From Candidatus Omnitrophota bacterium (GTDB lineage: Bacteria > Omnitrophota > Gorgyraeia > Duberdicusellales > 4484-171): 64,000 nucleotides of DNA. Under the pieces are notes generated by a model. That model made no database searches. It saw only the letters and a list, made by a program, of their open reading frames with translations, and was not told the DNA's origin. The stretch spans positions 66,958 through 130,957 of the forward strand of contig JBDRAN010000003.1 in NCBI GenBank assembly GCA_043823745.1. Reading direction: 5' to 3'. Every line of letters begins with the position of its first letter. Within the stretch, counting starts at the first letter, position 1. This document shows positions 19,261 to 28,938 of this stretch, piece after piece. The translations under genes were made by a program, and so were the position numbers.

Positions 19261-20067
19261 TTATGAGCTCATAACAATACCGGCGTAACCAACAACCGAG
19301 TTGTAGTCGCCACTTGAGTCGCCGCTGGTCTGGTATAATGCAATATTTGCCTTCCGCGCGCCGATACGCTTAGCGCACTCTATTACAATCGCGACAGGCG
19401 CAACACCGCACATCGAAATATTTTCGCGACGTACGCAACCAACGAGCCCTTCAGCGTCAAGCTTCACTATGTACTCAAGCGCTAAACGATCTTGTGCACG
19501 GGCCCGAGCTTCAGGTTCATAGTGGGTCATATCGCTTGAAGCGACCAGGAGCACCTCATCCGGCAGGGTCTTTATGCCTTCGTATATTTCCGCTGCCACG
19601 GCCTGGTACGTTTTAATCGAAGCACGCTGACAGGCAATTGGCACAAACGTAAAACTTCCAAAACAGTGATGGATAAGCGGCAGCTGCACTTCGATAGAAT
19701 GTTCGCGCTCATGAGCGCGGGTATCTTCTCGTATCAGGGTCGCGTTGGTCATAATTGACGCCGCAAGCTCCTCGTCAATGGGTATCTGACCAAAAGGAAT
19801 TTCCCATGCACCTTCTTTCACTAACGAAAAATCACAACCAAGATCAGTGTGCTTGGGCCCCACAATAATAATACGTTTTTTTGGCAAAACCCGCGCAAGG
19901 GTTGCCAAAGCTACTCTCGCAGAATACCGATAACCGGCATGGGGCAAAACGATGGCCCGCGCCACACGCTTCGGGAACCCCCCAGGAGCAAGTTCGTTTA
20001 TCAACCCCGCAAGCTCCCCAGGGTCACTCGGATAGAATTGTCCGCTTACGACTGGCTTACGCAGCAT
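19261..20067 (-). CDS. amrB: AmmeMemoRadiSam system protein B (MEMO1 family)
   Basis: GQFYP, PHAGYRYS, EHSIEVQLP, ASSDMTHY, SMCG, VVGYA. Confidence 0.92.
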   Translation of the reverse strand: MLRKPVVSGQFYPSDPGELAGLINELAPGGFPKRVARAIVLPHAGYRYSARVALATLARVLPKKRIIIVGPKHTDLGCDFSLVKEGAWEIPFGQIPIDEELAASIMTNATLIREDTRAHEREHSIEVQLPLIHHCFGSFTFVPIACQRASIKTYQAVAAEIYEGIKTLPDEVLLVASSDMTHYEPEARARAQDRLALEYIVKLDAEGLVGCVRRENISMCGVAPVAIVIECAKRIGARKANIALYQTSGDSSGDYNSVVGYAGIVMSS

Positions 20068-20144
20068 AGAAACACCGAACCATGAGCCGGCATTTTTTAG
20101 TTACGACCGGCAGCGTTAATAGATTAACAACTATCATACAAATG

Positions 20145-20792
20145 TCAATTATTTTTGAAGTTTATCGTAATCGTAAACGGTAAATTCGTACGATTCTTCA
20201 GCTCTTCGGGAAACGGCGGAAATGGCACCGCATCATACACCGTATTAAGGGCAAGCGTGCGAAGGCGCTGGCTCTTTACCGAGTCTGCTTCAAGTGAAAC
20301 ACTCTGGAGCCGGCCGTCGGAAGATACGATAAAACTCACCATGACAACCCCCCCATCCCGTCCATCATAAAGCTTACGCGCTGCCCGGTCAAGTTTTGCC
20401 CTGATTGCCTGATAATAATGCATATATTCGGGCATTTTACGCAAACTCGCATCAACGTTGTCATAGGCAACCACAACCTCGCTCACCCTCTCCTCCATCA
20501 GGGTAGGATTCTTAAGCGAAAACGCCTGACTAAAATCAAAATCGAGTACCGTGGTCATATCGCTCATAAAAGGAGGCGGCGCAGAATCATCGCCGGTACG
20601 TAAGGCCTGAGGTATCATTTCTTTTTTAAAATCAAACGCTTCGGGAATAACCTTTAATTCGCTAATATCCCGAATAATCTCACGTTTCTTTGCCTGGGGC
20701 GGCCTCGATGCCAGCAACCAGGAAAAGAAAAAAATAACAAGGACGTGGAATGCCACCGAGATTACTACAGAAACTACGCCGTAGCCTTTCAT
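20145..20792 (-). CDS. TonB/TolA-like C-terminal domain protein
   Basis: N-terminal TM with S.AFH motif; C-terminal V.F.V..DG...PFPPFP. Confidence 0.8.
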   Translation of the reverse strand: MKGYGVVSVVISVAFHVLVIFFFSWLLASRPPQAKKREIIRDISELKVIPEAFDFKKEMIPQALRTGDDSAPPPFMSDMTTVLDFDFSQAFSLKNPTLMEERVSEVVVAYDNVDASLRKMPEYMHYYQAIRAKLDRAARKLYDGRDGGVVMVSFIVSSDGRLQSVSLEADSVKSQRLRTLALNTVYDAVPFPPFPEELKNRTNLPFTITINFKNN

Positions 20793-20842
20793 AATAAAAA
20801 ATTATAGCACAGATCAAAATTAAGTAAACTAAGCCCTGCTTG

Positions 20843-22090
20843 CTACGAAAGCTCGGCTGCCTCAAGGATTGCGGGAATGACTTCGGAAAGCGTTGGGTGG
20901 ATAAAGATCGCCTGACTCAATACCGTAACCGGGAGCTTACTCCTGACGCAGAGAGAAAGAAGATTAATCAATTCACCGGCAGCGTGAGAAATAACCGTGG
21001 CTCCAAGCACGGTGCCGCCAGGCGCAAGCACGATCTGGGCATATCCGTCGGTATCGTCATAGACGTAGGCAGAAGAAAACTTGAGAAAATTTGACTTTAT
21101 GACACGGTGTGCGATATTGTTGTCCCGGGCGCTTGAAGCGTTCATTCCCACGCAGGCAATCTGCGGTAAAGAAAATACACATTCAGGTATCCCCGTATCG
21201 TCAACAACGACATTCTTTCCTGCGATTGTATCTACACAAAGTTTCGCCTGATATTCGGCGGTATAGGCAAGAAGCTTTTTTCCGGTGACGTCGCCACAGG
21301 CGTATACCGTGTCAACCGAGGTGCGCCCGCGTTCGTCCGTTTTAATCCAACCTCCCGGGCCAAGCGCGACCCCCGCAACCGCAAGTCCGCAATCGACGGT
21401 ATTGGGAACTCTGCCCGCGGCCATAATGATGGCGTCAAAACTTGACAAATCAATACCTGAAACATCTTTTCCTAACTCAAAGGTAACTCCGGTACGCTCA
21501 AGAATAACTTTAAGGCGGCTTGATACGGATTCCTCAAACGATGGAAGTATCCGCGTTTCTTTCTCAACCACATGTACTATTTTTCCAAGACGCCGTAAAA
21601 GAGAAGTCACCTCGATGCCGATAGAGCCACCGCCGACAATAAGAAATTTTTCCGGGATTGAGGAACGGGAAAACAATTCCTGTGCAAAAAAAGCACTCGG
21701 ATGTGTTACGATTGTCCGGGGAAGTGAGCCGGTAGCGATAATGATCGCGCGAGCCTCGATAATAGTCTCGGCTACACGAATCCTGTGGCCATCAAGAAGT
21801 ACCGCGGCCCCATACATTACCCGAACACCCTGTTTTTCTAAAAAAACGTGCAAGGGTACTTTAATTTTTTTGATAAGCGCGCGCGCGGCATCAAAAATCT
21901 CAGGCCACGATTTCCCTGCCACAGCAGATCGAATGAAAAATTTGGTAGGGATACAGCCCTGATTAATACACGTACCGCCAAAACGCTCAAAAGACTCATC
22001 GATAAGGATGACCTTACGCTGATGCGCCAAGGCTCGTTTGCAAGCGGCAATACCCGCTGCTCCGGCACCGATAATAGCTATATCATACAT
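20843..22090 (-). CDS. dihydrolipoamide dehydrogenase-like flavoprotein disulfide reductase
   Basis: GAGAAG, GGTCINQGCIPTK, GGGSIG, HPTLSE. Confidence 0.85.
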   Translation of the reverse strand: MYDIAIIGAGAAGIAACKRALAHQRKVILIDESFERFGGTCINQGCIPTKFFIRSAVAGKSWPEIFDAARALIKKIKVPLHVFLEKQGVRVMYGAAVLLDGHRIRVAETIIEARAIIIATGSLPRTIVTHPSAFFAQELFSRSSIPEKFLIVGGGSIGIEVTSLLRRLGKIVHVVEKETRILPSFEESVSSRLKVILERTGVTFELGKDVSGIDLSSFDAIIMAAGRVPNTVDCGLAVAGVALGPGGWIKTDERGRTSVDTVYACGDVTGKKLLAYTAEYQAKLCVDTIAGKNVVVDDTGIPECVFSLPQIACVGMNASSARDNNIAHRVIKSNFLKFSSAYVYDDTDGYAQIVLAPGGTVLGATVISHAAGELINLLSLCVRSKLPVTVLSQAIFIHPTLSEVIPAILEAAELS

Positions 22091-22093
22091 ATA

Positions 22094-23017
22094 TTACAAA
22101 GTGGCGATGTCGCGACGCACGTTTGCGGCAGCCTGGATAAACGCAGCACGCTCTGGGGCAGATAGCTCAAGTTCTATAATCCTGGCGATGCCGCTACGAT
22201 TGATGACGCATGGAACACCCAGGCAAATATCGCGTAAACCATATTCACCCGAAAGAAACGCCGAGATCGGAATAACATCACACGCATCATGCACGATCGC
22301 CTCGATGAGGCGGCAGCATGCAAGTGAAGGCGCAAAGCTGGCGCTCCGGTTCTTAAGAAAACCTACGATTTCTCCTCCCCGTAACGCGGTGCGCTCCTGC
22401 AGCATTTTAACCGCATCTTCTGATAAGAATTTTGATACAGGTTCTCCCTGTACGCGCAGACGTTCGCCTGAGACGATCATTTCATTGCTATGAGGGCCGA
22501 ACGCAAAGCCGCCGAGCGCCGACGGCGCGCACCCTGTCGCATGCGAAAAAAGACCAAGCAAACGAGCCGTATCAAGAGACGCGCCCATACCAAGAATACG
22601 CTGACGAGGAAAACCTGTTTCTCTCGCAATAATATAGGTAATAATATCAAGAGGGTTGGTGACTGCAACAACGATCGCGCCGGGAGCACGCGCTCGTATC
22701 TGGTGGGCAACGTCACGTGCAACAGCAGCGTTGATTTTTAAAAGATCAGCCCTGCTCATACCTTCTTTGCGGGCAATACCCGCCGTAACAATAACGATAT
22801 CAGACTGATCAATGATCGCATAGTCGTTGCCCGCGGCAAGCCGGGTTGAAAAACCAAGCAACGATCGGGTATCTTCCAGATCAAGCGCGACACCGCGAGC
22901 GAGGTCTGCCGCGATATCAAGCAGAGAAAGCTCGTCAATCGTAAGCCGCGAAAGAACCTGGAATGCCAGGGTTGAGCCAACCGCCCCACTTCCAATAATA
23001 GACACTTTTTTAATCAT
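22094..23017 (-). CDS. mdh: malate dehydrogenase (LDH-like)
   Basis: GSGAVG, TAGIARKEGMSRADLL..N, TNPLD, LDTARL; start at ATG overlapping the icd stop. Confidence 0.88.
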   Translation of the reverse strand: MIKKVSIIGSGAVGSTLAFQVLSRLTIDELSLLDIAADLARGVALDLEDTRSLLGFSTRLAAGNDYAIIDQSDIVIVTAGIARKEGMSRADLLKINAAVARDVAHQIRARAPGAIVVAVTNPLDIITYIIARETGFPRQRILGMGASLDTARLLGLFSHATGCAPSALGGFAFGPHSNEMIVSGERLRVQGEPVSKFLSEDAVKMLQERTALRGGEIVGFLKNRSASFAPSLACCRLIEAIVHDACDVIPISAFLSGEYGLRDICLGVPCVINRSGIARIIELELSAPERAAFIQAAANVRRDIATL

Positions 23018-24110
23018 GGGTTTTGCGTAATAACGCGATCTCTTTAATAATCGCAGCGGCCATCTCACGTGTTCCGACCGCCGTAGGATCCGTGCGTGTT
23101 GGTTTTAAGTCATAGGTAACATCACGCCGGGCGCGAATCACCGAAGAAACCGCATCGGCAAGTATTGCTGCCTTTTTCTCCTCGCCGATATATTGAAGCA
23201 AGAGTCCAGCCGAAAGAATGGTGGCAACCGGATTGGCTTTATTGGCGCCGGCATATTTAGGGGCAGAACCATGAACCGGCTCAAAAAGCGCGATACCGTC
23301 TCCCACGTTTGCTCCCGGAGCGATACCAAGCCCACCGATAAGCCCGGCGCAAAGATCAGAAATAACGTCACCATAAAGATTCGGAAGGACTAAGACATCA
23401 AATTCCTGTGGCCGCATCACCAGCTGCATCGAACAATTGTCGACAATAACGTCAACAGCCGCTATTTCCGGATAATCCGGCGCGATATCACGAAACGTTT
23501 TTAAAAAAAGGCCGTCGGTATATTTCATGATATTCGCCTTATGGACGCACGAAACCTTTTTGCGATGCTGGCGACGAACAAGCTCAAACGCAAAACGAAT
23601 AATGCGTTCCGACGCAAAACGAGATATCGGCTTCATCGAGACGGCGCTCCCGACCCGTATTTTCTTGATACTTACGGCATTGATGCGCGCGATAAGCTCC
23701 TCGGTTACAGGATCACCTGCCTCGAACTCAACACCGGCATAGAGATCCTCGCTGTTCTCACGAACAATTACGAGATTCGTTCCCGGATATTTAGAGTTGG
23801 TACCTTCAAGATACCGTGCCGGACGCACGCACGCATACAAATCAAGCTCTTGGCGAAGGGCAACGTTAATTGAGCGAAATCCTCCGCCAACCGGCGTCGT
23901 AATCGGGCCCTTAAGAGCAACTTTGTTTTTCTTGATAGAATCAATGGTCGCCTGGGGAAGAAGGCTTCCGCACATCTGGCGCGCAGGCTCTCCTGCCTGA
24001 ACGACCTCCCAGATAATATCAACACCAAGGGCGTCAACGCACGCCCGCGCCGCGGCAGTCACCTCGGGACCAATGCCGTCGCCGGGAATAAGGCTAATAG
24101 TATATTTCAT
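23010..24110 (-). CDS. icd: isocitrate dehydrogenase (IDH/IPMDH family)
   Basis: ITTPVGGGFRSINVALR, HKANIMK, NLYGDVISD, HGSAPKYAG. Confidence 0.8.
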   Translation of the reverse strand: MKYTISLIPGDGIGPEVTAAARACVDALGVDIIWEVVQAGEPARQMCGSLLPQATIDSIKKNKVALKGPITTPVGGGFRSINVALRQELDLYACVRPARYLEGTNSKYPGTNLVIVRENSEDLYAGVEFEAGDPVTEELIARINAVSIKKIRVGSAVSMKPISRFASERIIRFAFELVRRQHRKKVSCVHKANIMKYTDGLFLKTFRDIAPDYPEIAAVDVIVDNCSMQLVMRPQEFDVLVLPNLYGDVISDLCAGLIGGLGIAPGANVGDGIALFEPVHGSAPKYAGANKANPVATILSAGLLLQYIGEEKKAAILADAVSSVIRARRDVTYDLKPTRTDPTAVGTREMAAAIIKEIALLRKTHD

Positions 24111-24113
24111 GAA

Positions 24114-24617
24114 TCAGTTGAGTTTGAAATCTTTATGCTTCTGGAGGTAGTTGATAATCCCGCCGCAGTTAACAAGTTCTTTACGGAACGTATTCCAGGG
24201 GTTAAATTGAAGAACGACACCGGCGGGGGCACTCGTTACAATACCCTTATCGACCTCGACAGTGAGTTCATCTCCTTCAGAAAGGCTCTCCGTGTCAGTC
24301 TCAACCAAGGGTAAGCCGATATTAAACGCGTTTCGATAGAAGATGCGCGCGAAAGATTTAGCGACGATACAGACGATACCCGCTTCTTTAATAACCCAGG
24401 GGGCTTGCTCGCGCGATGAACCCATACCAAAATTTTGCCCAGCAACAATAATTGATTTACCGGGAACAACCTCTTTGTAGAAATGTGGCCGTATATCCTC
24501 AAAAAGATACTGGGCCAGCTTCTTCATGTCGGTAATAGAAAACTTGTAACGGCCGGAAATAATCCAATCGGTATTAATATTATCGCCAAATTTAAAAACC
24601 TTTCCTTGTAGCACCAT
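24114..24617 (-). CDS. aconitase-family swivel small subunit (LeuD/HacB type)
   Basis: GDNINTDWII, NFGMGSSREQAP, SFARIFYRNAFN.GL. Confidence 0.9.
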   Translation of the reverse strand: MVLQGKVFKFGDNINTDWIISGRYKFSITDMKKLAQYLFEDIRPHFYKEVVPGKSIIVAGQNFGMGSSREQAPWVIKEAGIVCIVAKSFARIFYRNAFNIGLPLVETDTESLSEGDELTVEVDKGIVTSAPAGVVLQFNPWNTFRKELVNCGGIINYLQKHKDFKLN

Positions 24618-24664
24618 TATTTCCTCTTTGTTGCATTTATATTTTTGTCTGCGCTTTTCTCTAT

Positions 24665-24708
24665 ATTCGCGTAAATTAGCGTTCTTTAAAATTCGCGGTA
24701 ATTCGCGT
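24665..24708. repeat. ATTCGCG/ATTAGCG dispersed repeat copy
   Basis: 20/20 inverted match to 57662-57681; 19/20 direct match to 58678-58697. Confidence 0.75.
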
Positions 24709-25758
24709 CTATAAATTTTCGAACTCAACGATATTGCGCACTTTACTTAAGGCCACTTCCTTGCTTATAATACCTTTTCGATACAAATCCTTCAAGCATC
24801 GATCCATTGTGTACATTCCATATTGCGCTCCCATTTGGATAAGCGACGGGATCTGAGCAACCTCACCTTCGCGGATCAGATTACGGATGCCTGATGTTGC
24901 CACCAACACCTCGGTAGCAAGAACTCTGCCTTCCCGATCAGCACGCGGAAGAAGCAGCTGCGAAAGCACTCCCTGCAAAGAATCCGCAAGCTGGATTCGT
25001 ACCTGTTTCTGCTGATGCGGTGGAAACACGTCGATAATTCGTTGGACCGTCTGTGGCGCATCCGGGGTGTGAAGAGTTGCAAAAACAAGATGTCCCGTCT
25101 CAGCGGCAGTCAATGTTGTGCCGATAGTTTCAAGATCTCGCATTTCACCTACAATAATAACATTCGGATCCTGACGCAACACTCGCTTTAAGGCTTCGGG
25201 GAATGAATGTGTATCGGCGTACACTTCACGCTGCTTAATAATGCTTTTCTTGTTGGAATGCACAAACTCGATCGGATCCTCAATGGTAACAATCAGATCC
25301 TGGCGTTCCGTATTGATGATATCAATCATCGCAGCCAGCGTTGTGCTTTTACCCGTACCCGTAGGGCCCGTAAGAAGCACCAGGCCGTTGGGCTTACGAA
25401 TAAAATCATAGGCGACCTTAGGTATTCCTAGCTCTTCGAAGCTCGGGATTTTTTCCGGAACTCTTCGGAATGCCGCCTCGATATTGCCTCGTTGGTAATG
25501 AACGTTAACCCTGAAACGATCAATCCCGGTTACGGCGCAGGAAAAATCAAGCTCTTTATCGCGCTCAAACGCCGCCTTCTGATCATCATTGAGAATACTA
25601 TAAATAAGAAACTTTGAATCTTCGGTTTCTAAGACCGGAAAATCAGTTAAGTACAGTTTCCCATCGATACGTAAAACCGGCGGGGTATTGACGGTAATAT
25701 GAAGGTCGCTCGCCCTCTTCTCCATCGTTAGCTTAAGAAGCGTGTTTATATTAACCAT
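24709..25758 (-). CDS. pilT: type IV pilus retraction ATPase
   Basis: ASDLH, GPTGTGKSTT, TIEDPIE, LRQDP..IIVGEMRD, AAETGHLV..TLHT, IRNLIRE. Confidence 0.93.
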   Translation of the reverse strand: MVNINTLLKLTMEKRASDLHITVNTPPVLRIDGKLYLTDFPVLETEDSKFLIYSILNDDQKAAFERDKELDFSCAVTGIDRFRVNVHYQRGNIEAAFRRVPEKIPSFEELGIPKVAYDFIRKPNGLVLLTGPTGTGKSTTLAAMIDIINTERQDLIVTIEDPIEFVHSNKKSIIKQREVYADTHSFPEALKRVLRQDPNVIIVGEMRDLETIGTTLTAAETGHLVFATLHTPDAPQTVQRIIDVFPPHQQKQVRIQLADSLQGVLSQLLLPRADREGRVLATEVLVATSGIRNLIREGEVAQIPSLIQMGAQYGMYTMDRCLKDLYRKGIISKEVALSKVRNIVEFENL

Positions 25759-25794
25759 GCATACCTCCCTCCCATAGACGATTATCTCTGTATC

Positions 25795-27054
25795 TTAAGA
25801 ACGCTTTATGTACGCGCGCGGATCGGTAATTTTTCCTACGATCGCCGACGCGGTAACGGTTGCAGCAGAAGCGAGATAAATGAAGCTGTTCGGATTACCC
25901 ATCCGCCCTTTAAAATTTCTGTTCGCGGTTGAAATCGCAACATCTCCGTCAGCAAGCACTCCCTGATGAGTTCCCACGCACGGACCACATCCTGCCGGAA
26001 GTACAACACCTCCTGCCTCAACAATAGTCTTTATTATACCTTTCTTGAGCGCTTTTAGGAAGATATTTGCTGACGCAGGCGCAACGAGGAGCTTAACATC
26101 CGGATGGACTTTACGGCCGGATAATATACGGGCGGTAATCTCGAGATCTTCGAGCCTTCCATTGGTGCAGGTCCCCACGAATGCCTCGTTAATCTTCACA
26201 GAAGAGAGTTCCTCGGCAGTCGCACCATTATCAACACTATGTGGGCGTGCGACGTACGGAGAAACCTTTGAAACATCAAACTCAATAACTTTTTCATACT
26301 GAGCGTCATGATCAGAATACACCGGTGTATACCGGGTAACTCCAATGCCTGATAGATAGGAAAATACCTTCTTGTCAGGCGCGATGAAACCGCATTTCGC
26401 GCCGAACTCAATAGTCATATTGGTAATGGTCAGGCGACTGTCGAGCGAAAAATTATCGATTACCGTCCCCTCAAATTCGATCGCTTTATACGTCGCACCG
26501 TCAGCGCCGATAGTATGGATAATTGCCAGGATGACATCCTTGCTGTACACTCCGTGAGGGAGTTTTCCCTTAAGAATAATCTTATAGGTTTGTGGAACCT
26601 TGAACCAATTCTTTCCGGTTGTAAGCGTGATTGCCAAATCAGTTGAGCCAACGCCAAACGCAGCGGCGCCAAGAGCGCCCGCGGTTGAGGTATGCGAATC
26701 AGCTCCAAGAATAAGCCTCCCCGGGGCGGCGATCCCAACTTCAGCCACTAACTGGTGCGAAATGCCGCACCCAACGTCATAAAGTTTATTCTTGCTCTCC
26801 CGGGACGCCTGACGCATGCGGCTATGAACTCGAGATACGCCGATGCTTGGACTGGGACTTGAGTGATCAATAAACATCACATAGCGCCTCGGATTTTTAA
26901 TCGCACCGCCGATCTTGGCTAAACCATCAAGCACCAAGGCAGTCGTTCCATCCTGAGAAAAACAAAAATCGACGGTACATATACCCACGTCACCGGCGCG
27001 CAAAGGCGTTTTCGAGTGAGAAGAGAGAATTTTTTCTATAATTGTTTTTCCCAT
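25795..27054 (-). CDS. aconitase-family large subunit (LeuC/HacA type)
   Basis: DH, GADSHT, GTCTNGR, CGPCVG, STANRNFKGRMG. Confidence 0.92.
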   Translation of the reverse strand: MGKTIIEKILSSHSKTPLRAGDVGICTVDFCFSQDGTTALVLDGLAKIGGAIKNPRRYVMFIDHSSPSPSIGVSRVHSRMRQASRESKNKLYDVGCGISHQLVAEVGIAAPGRLILGADSHTSTAGALGAAAFGVGSTDLAITLTTGKNWFKVPQTYKIILKGKLPHGVYSKDVILAIIHTIGADGATYKAIEFEGTVIDNFSLDSRLTITNMTIEFGAKCGFIAPDKKVFSYLSGIGVTRYTPVYSDHDAQYEKVIEFDVSKVSPYVARPHSVDNGATAEELSSVKINEAFVGTCTNGRLEDLEITARILSGRKVHPDVKLLVAPASANIFLKALKKGIIKTIVEAGGVVLPAGCGPCVGTHQGVLADGDVAISTANRNFKGRMGNPNSFIYLASAATVTASAIVGKITDPRAYIKRS

Positions 27055-27064
27055 CGTATCCCAA

Positions 27065-28219
27065 TTATTCTGCTAAGAACTTCTTTATACGCACGATACC
27101 CTTCGCAATATCCTCAAAGGAAGTAGCGAAACTTAAGCGCACATACCCTTCGGCGCCAAAAGAATTGGTCGGGATAACGCACACCTGATGTCGCTCGAGA
27201 AGTTGCGATGAAAATTCTTCGCTGGAAAGCCCGGTCTTGGTAATATCGCAGAACATATAAAAAGAGCCCTGTGGTCGCAACGGTAGTATTTTTTTAAAAT
27301 CACGCAGGCCCTGATATAGCGCGTCGCGTTTTTTCTGAAAATCAACGCACATCTGCTCCTGCCAGGTACTATTTTTTAATGCGGCGACGGCTGCGCGCTG
27401 AGACACCGAAGAAACACAGCTTGTCGTATGGTCAATAACCTTGGAAGTCTCGCGGACGATAGCCTCATCAGCGACCATATACCCAATACGCCAGCCGGTC
27501 ATGGAAAATGACTTTGAAAACCCATTAACGGTGACGGTCCACCGGTCGGCCCCGGGAAAACTGGCAAAACTGGTAAATTCCGCTTTATCATAGGTAAGTT
27601 TTTCATAGATCTCATCGCTTAACACAAAAATTTTCTTATCCCGAAGAAACTCATACAGTTCGGCAAGCTCATTGCGTGTATAGGACATACCGGTAGGGTT
27701 AGCGGGGTAATTCAAAATAACTACTTTGGTTTTTGACCCGATCGAGGCGGCTAAATCTTGAATACGAATCTTAAAATTATTCTCGGGACGAGTATGAAGG
27801 TAGGTAATGCGACCGCCGATGAGCGTCACCATTTCAGGATAGCTTACCCAGTACGGCGATGGAATAACGACTTCGTCGTCCGGCGCCAGAAGGGTAACCA
27901 GGGCCGCAAAAAGAGCGTATTTGGCTCCTGTGGTAACAATGATATTTTTTGAGGAACAGGGAATACGATTTTCATGCTGCAATTTTGCGGCAATCGCTTC
28001 ACGCAGCTCAATCATTCCCGAGGAAGGAGTGTACTTGGTGAACCCTTCATCGATAGCCCGTTTTGCTTCGATCTTCACAAAATCAGGAGTATCGAAATCA
28101 GGCTCACCGGCCGCAAAATTTACGACATCCTTGCCGTCCTTGATAAGTTTCTTGGCAAGCGCGGTTATCTTTAAGGTGCTTGATGCACTCAGTGCGGCGA
28201 CTCGCGGATTTATAGTCAT
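27065..28219 (-). CDS. class I/II aminotransferase (aspartate aminotransferase-like)
   Basis: GEPDF, PANPTG, SDEIY, SKSFSMTGWRIG, RLSFA. Confidence 0.92.
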   Translation of the reverse strand: MTINPRVAALSASSTLKITALAKKLIKDGKDVVNFAAGEPDFDTPDFVKIEAKRAIDEGFTKYTPSSGMIELREAIAAKLQHENRIPCSSKNIIVTTGAKYALFAALVTLLAPDDEVVIPSPYWVSYPEMVTLIGGRITYLHTRPENNFKIRIQDLAASIGSKTKVVILNYPANPTGMSYTRNELAELYEFLRDKKIFVLSDEIYEKLTYDKAEFTSFASFPGADRWTVTVNGFSKSFSMTGWRIGYMVADEAIVRETSKVIDHTTSCVSSVSQRAAVAALKNSTWQEQMCVDFQKKRDALYQGLRDFKKILPLRPQGSFYMFCDITKTGLSSEEFSSQLLERHQVCVIPTNSFGAEGYVRLSFATSFEDIAKGIVRIKKFLAE

Positions 28220-28379
28220 CGGAGATCGTTACTAACGATACTCGTACGTAGTCGAGCCTCACGGTCTTCCCACCTGGACGCTCGTGCAAGAGCCAAAACC
28301 GGTGCCCCCTCTCCAAAAGCAAAATACACTGCGCAAATCTCTATCTCCGCCTTTGAGGCCGGAAACGTTAAGGAAAGAT

Positions 28380-28901
28380 TTAAAGGGAATCCCTTTCACG
28401 CTTAAAAATTTTACGCACGCCTGAAAGCAAACTCTTCTTTGGCCCCTCAGACGCCTGCGGGGCGCGATGCTCTTCTTTGTGCTCGTGAGCTTCTTCTTTA
28501 ATTGTTGATTTTTCTTTCTTTGCTTTATGGGATTTTTCTTTCTTTTCCCTTCTGGTGAACTCAAAGATTGCCATTTCGCTGGCATCACCCCGTCGCGCGC
28601 CGATGGCGTAAATCCTGGTAAAACCGCTGGTCACATCTTTAAACCGCGGTCCCAGCACTTCAAAGAGGCGCTTAACGAGGTTATGGTCACCGAGTATCTG
28701 ATATGCCAGCCTGCGATGATGAAGCGTATCCTGGCGCGCCCACGTCATAACGCGGTCGACCCAACGTCTCATCTTTTTTGCCTTGGCCTCCTGGGTTACA
28801 ATGCGCTCATAGATGATAAGGCTGCGCAAAAGGGACTTAATAAGCGCTTTACGTTGGCTTCGGGGCCGGGAAAATTTTTCACTCTTTACTCTATGCTTCA
28901 T
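28380..28901 (-). CDS. rplQ: 50S ribosomal protein L17 with charged C-terminal extension
   Basis: MKHR..., GFTRI, RRGDASEMA; follows rpoA. Confidence 0.95.
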   Translation of the reverse strand: MKHRVKSEKFSRPRSQRKALIKSLLRSLIIYERIVTQEAKAKKMRRWVDRVMTWARQDTLHHRRLAYQILGDHNLVKRLFEVLGPRFKDVTSGFTRIYAIGARRGDASEMAIFEFTRREKKEKSHKAKKEKSTIKEEAHEHKEEHRAPQASEGPKKSLLSGVRKIFKRERDSL

Positions 28902-28938
28902 AATAACTCCGGTTTCTCCTTATGCCTCTCGTAGTAGA

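Noticed and set aside
21285-21962. Long plus-strand ORFs (e.g. 1094-1699, 21285-21962, 44031-44588, 47096-47719, 62976-63626)
   Set aside because: Antisense shadows of well-supported minus-strand genes
28225-28375. Possible element or terminator after rplQ
   Set aside because: Only short weak stems; no clear terminator or repeat copy identified
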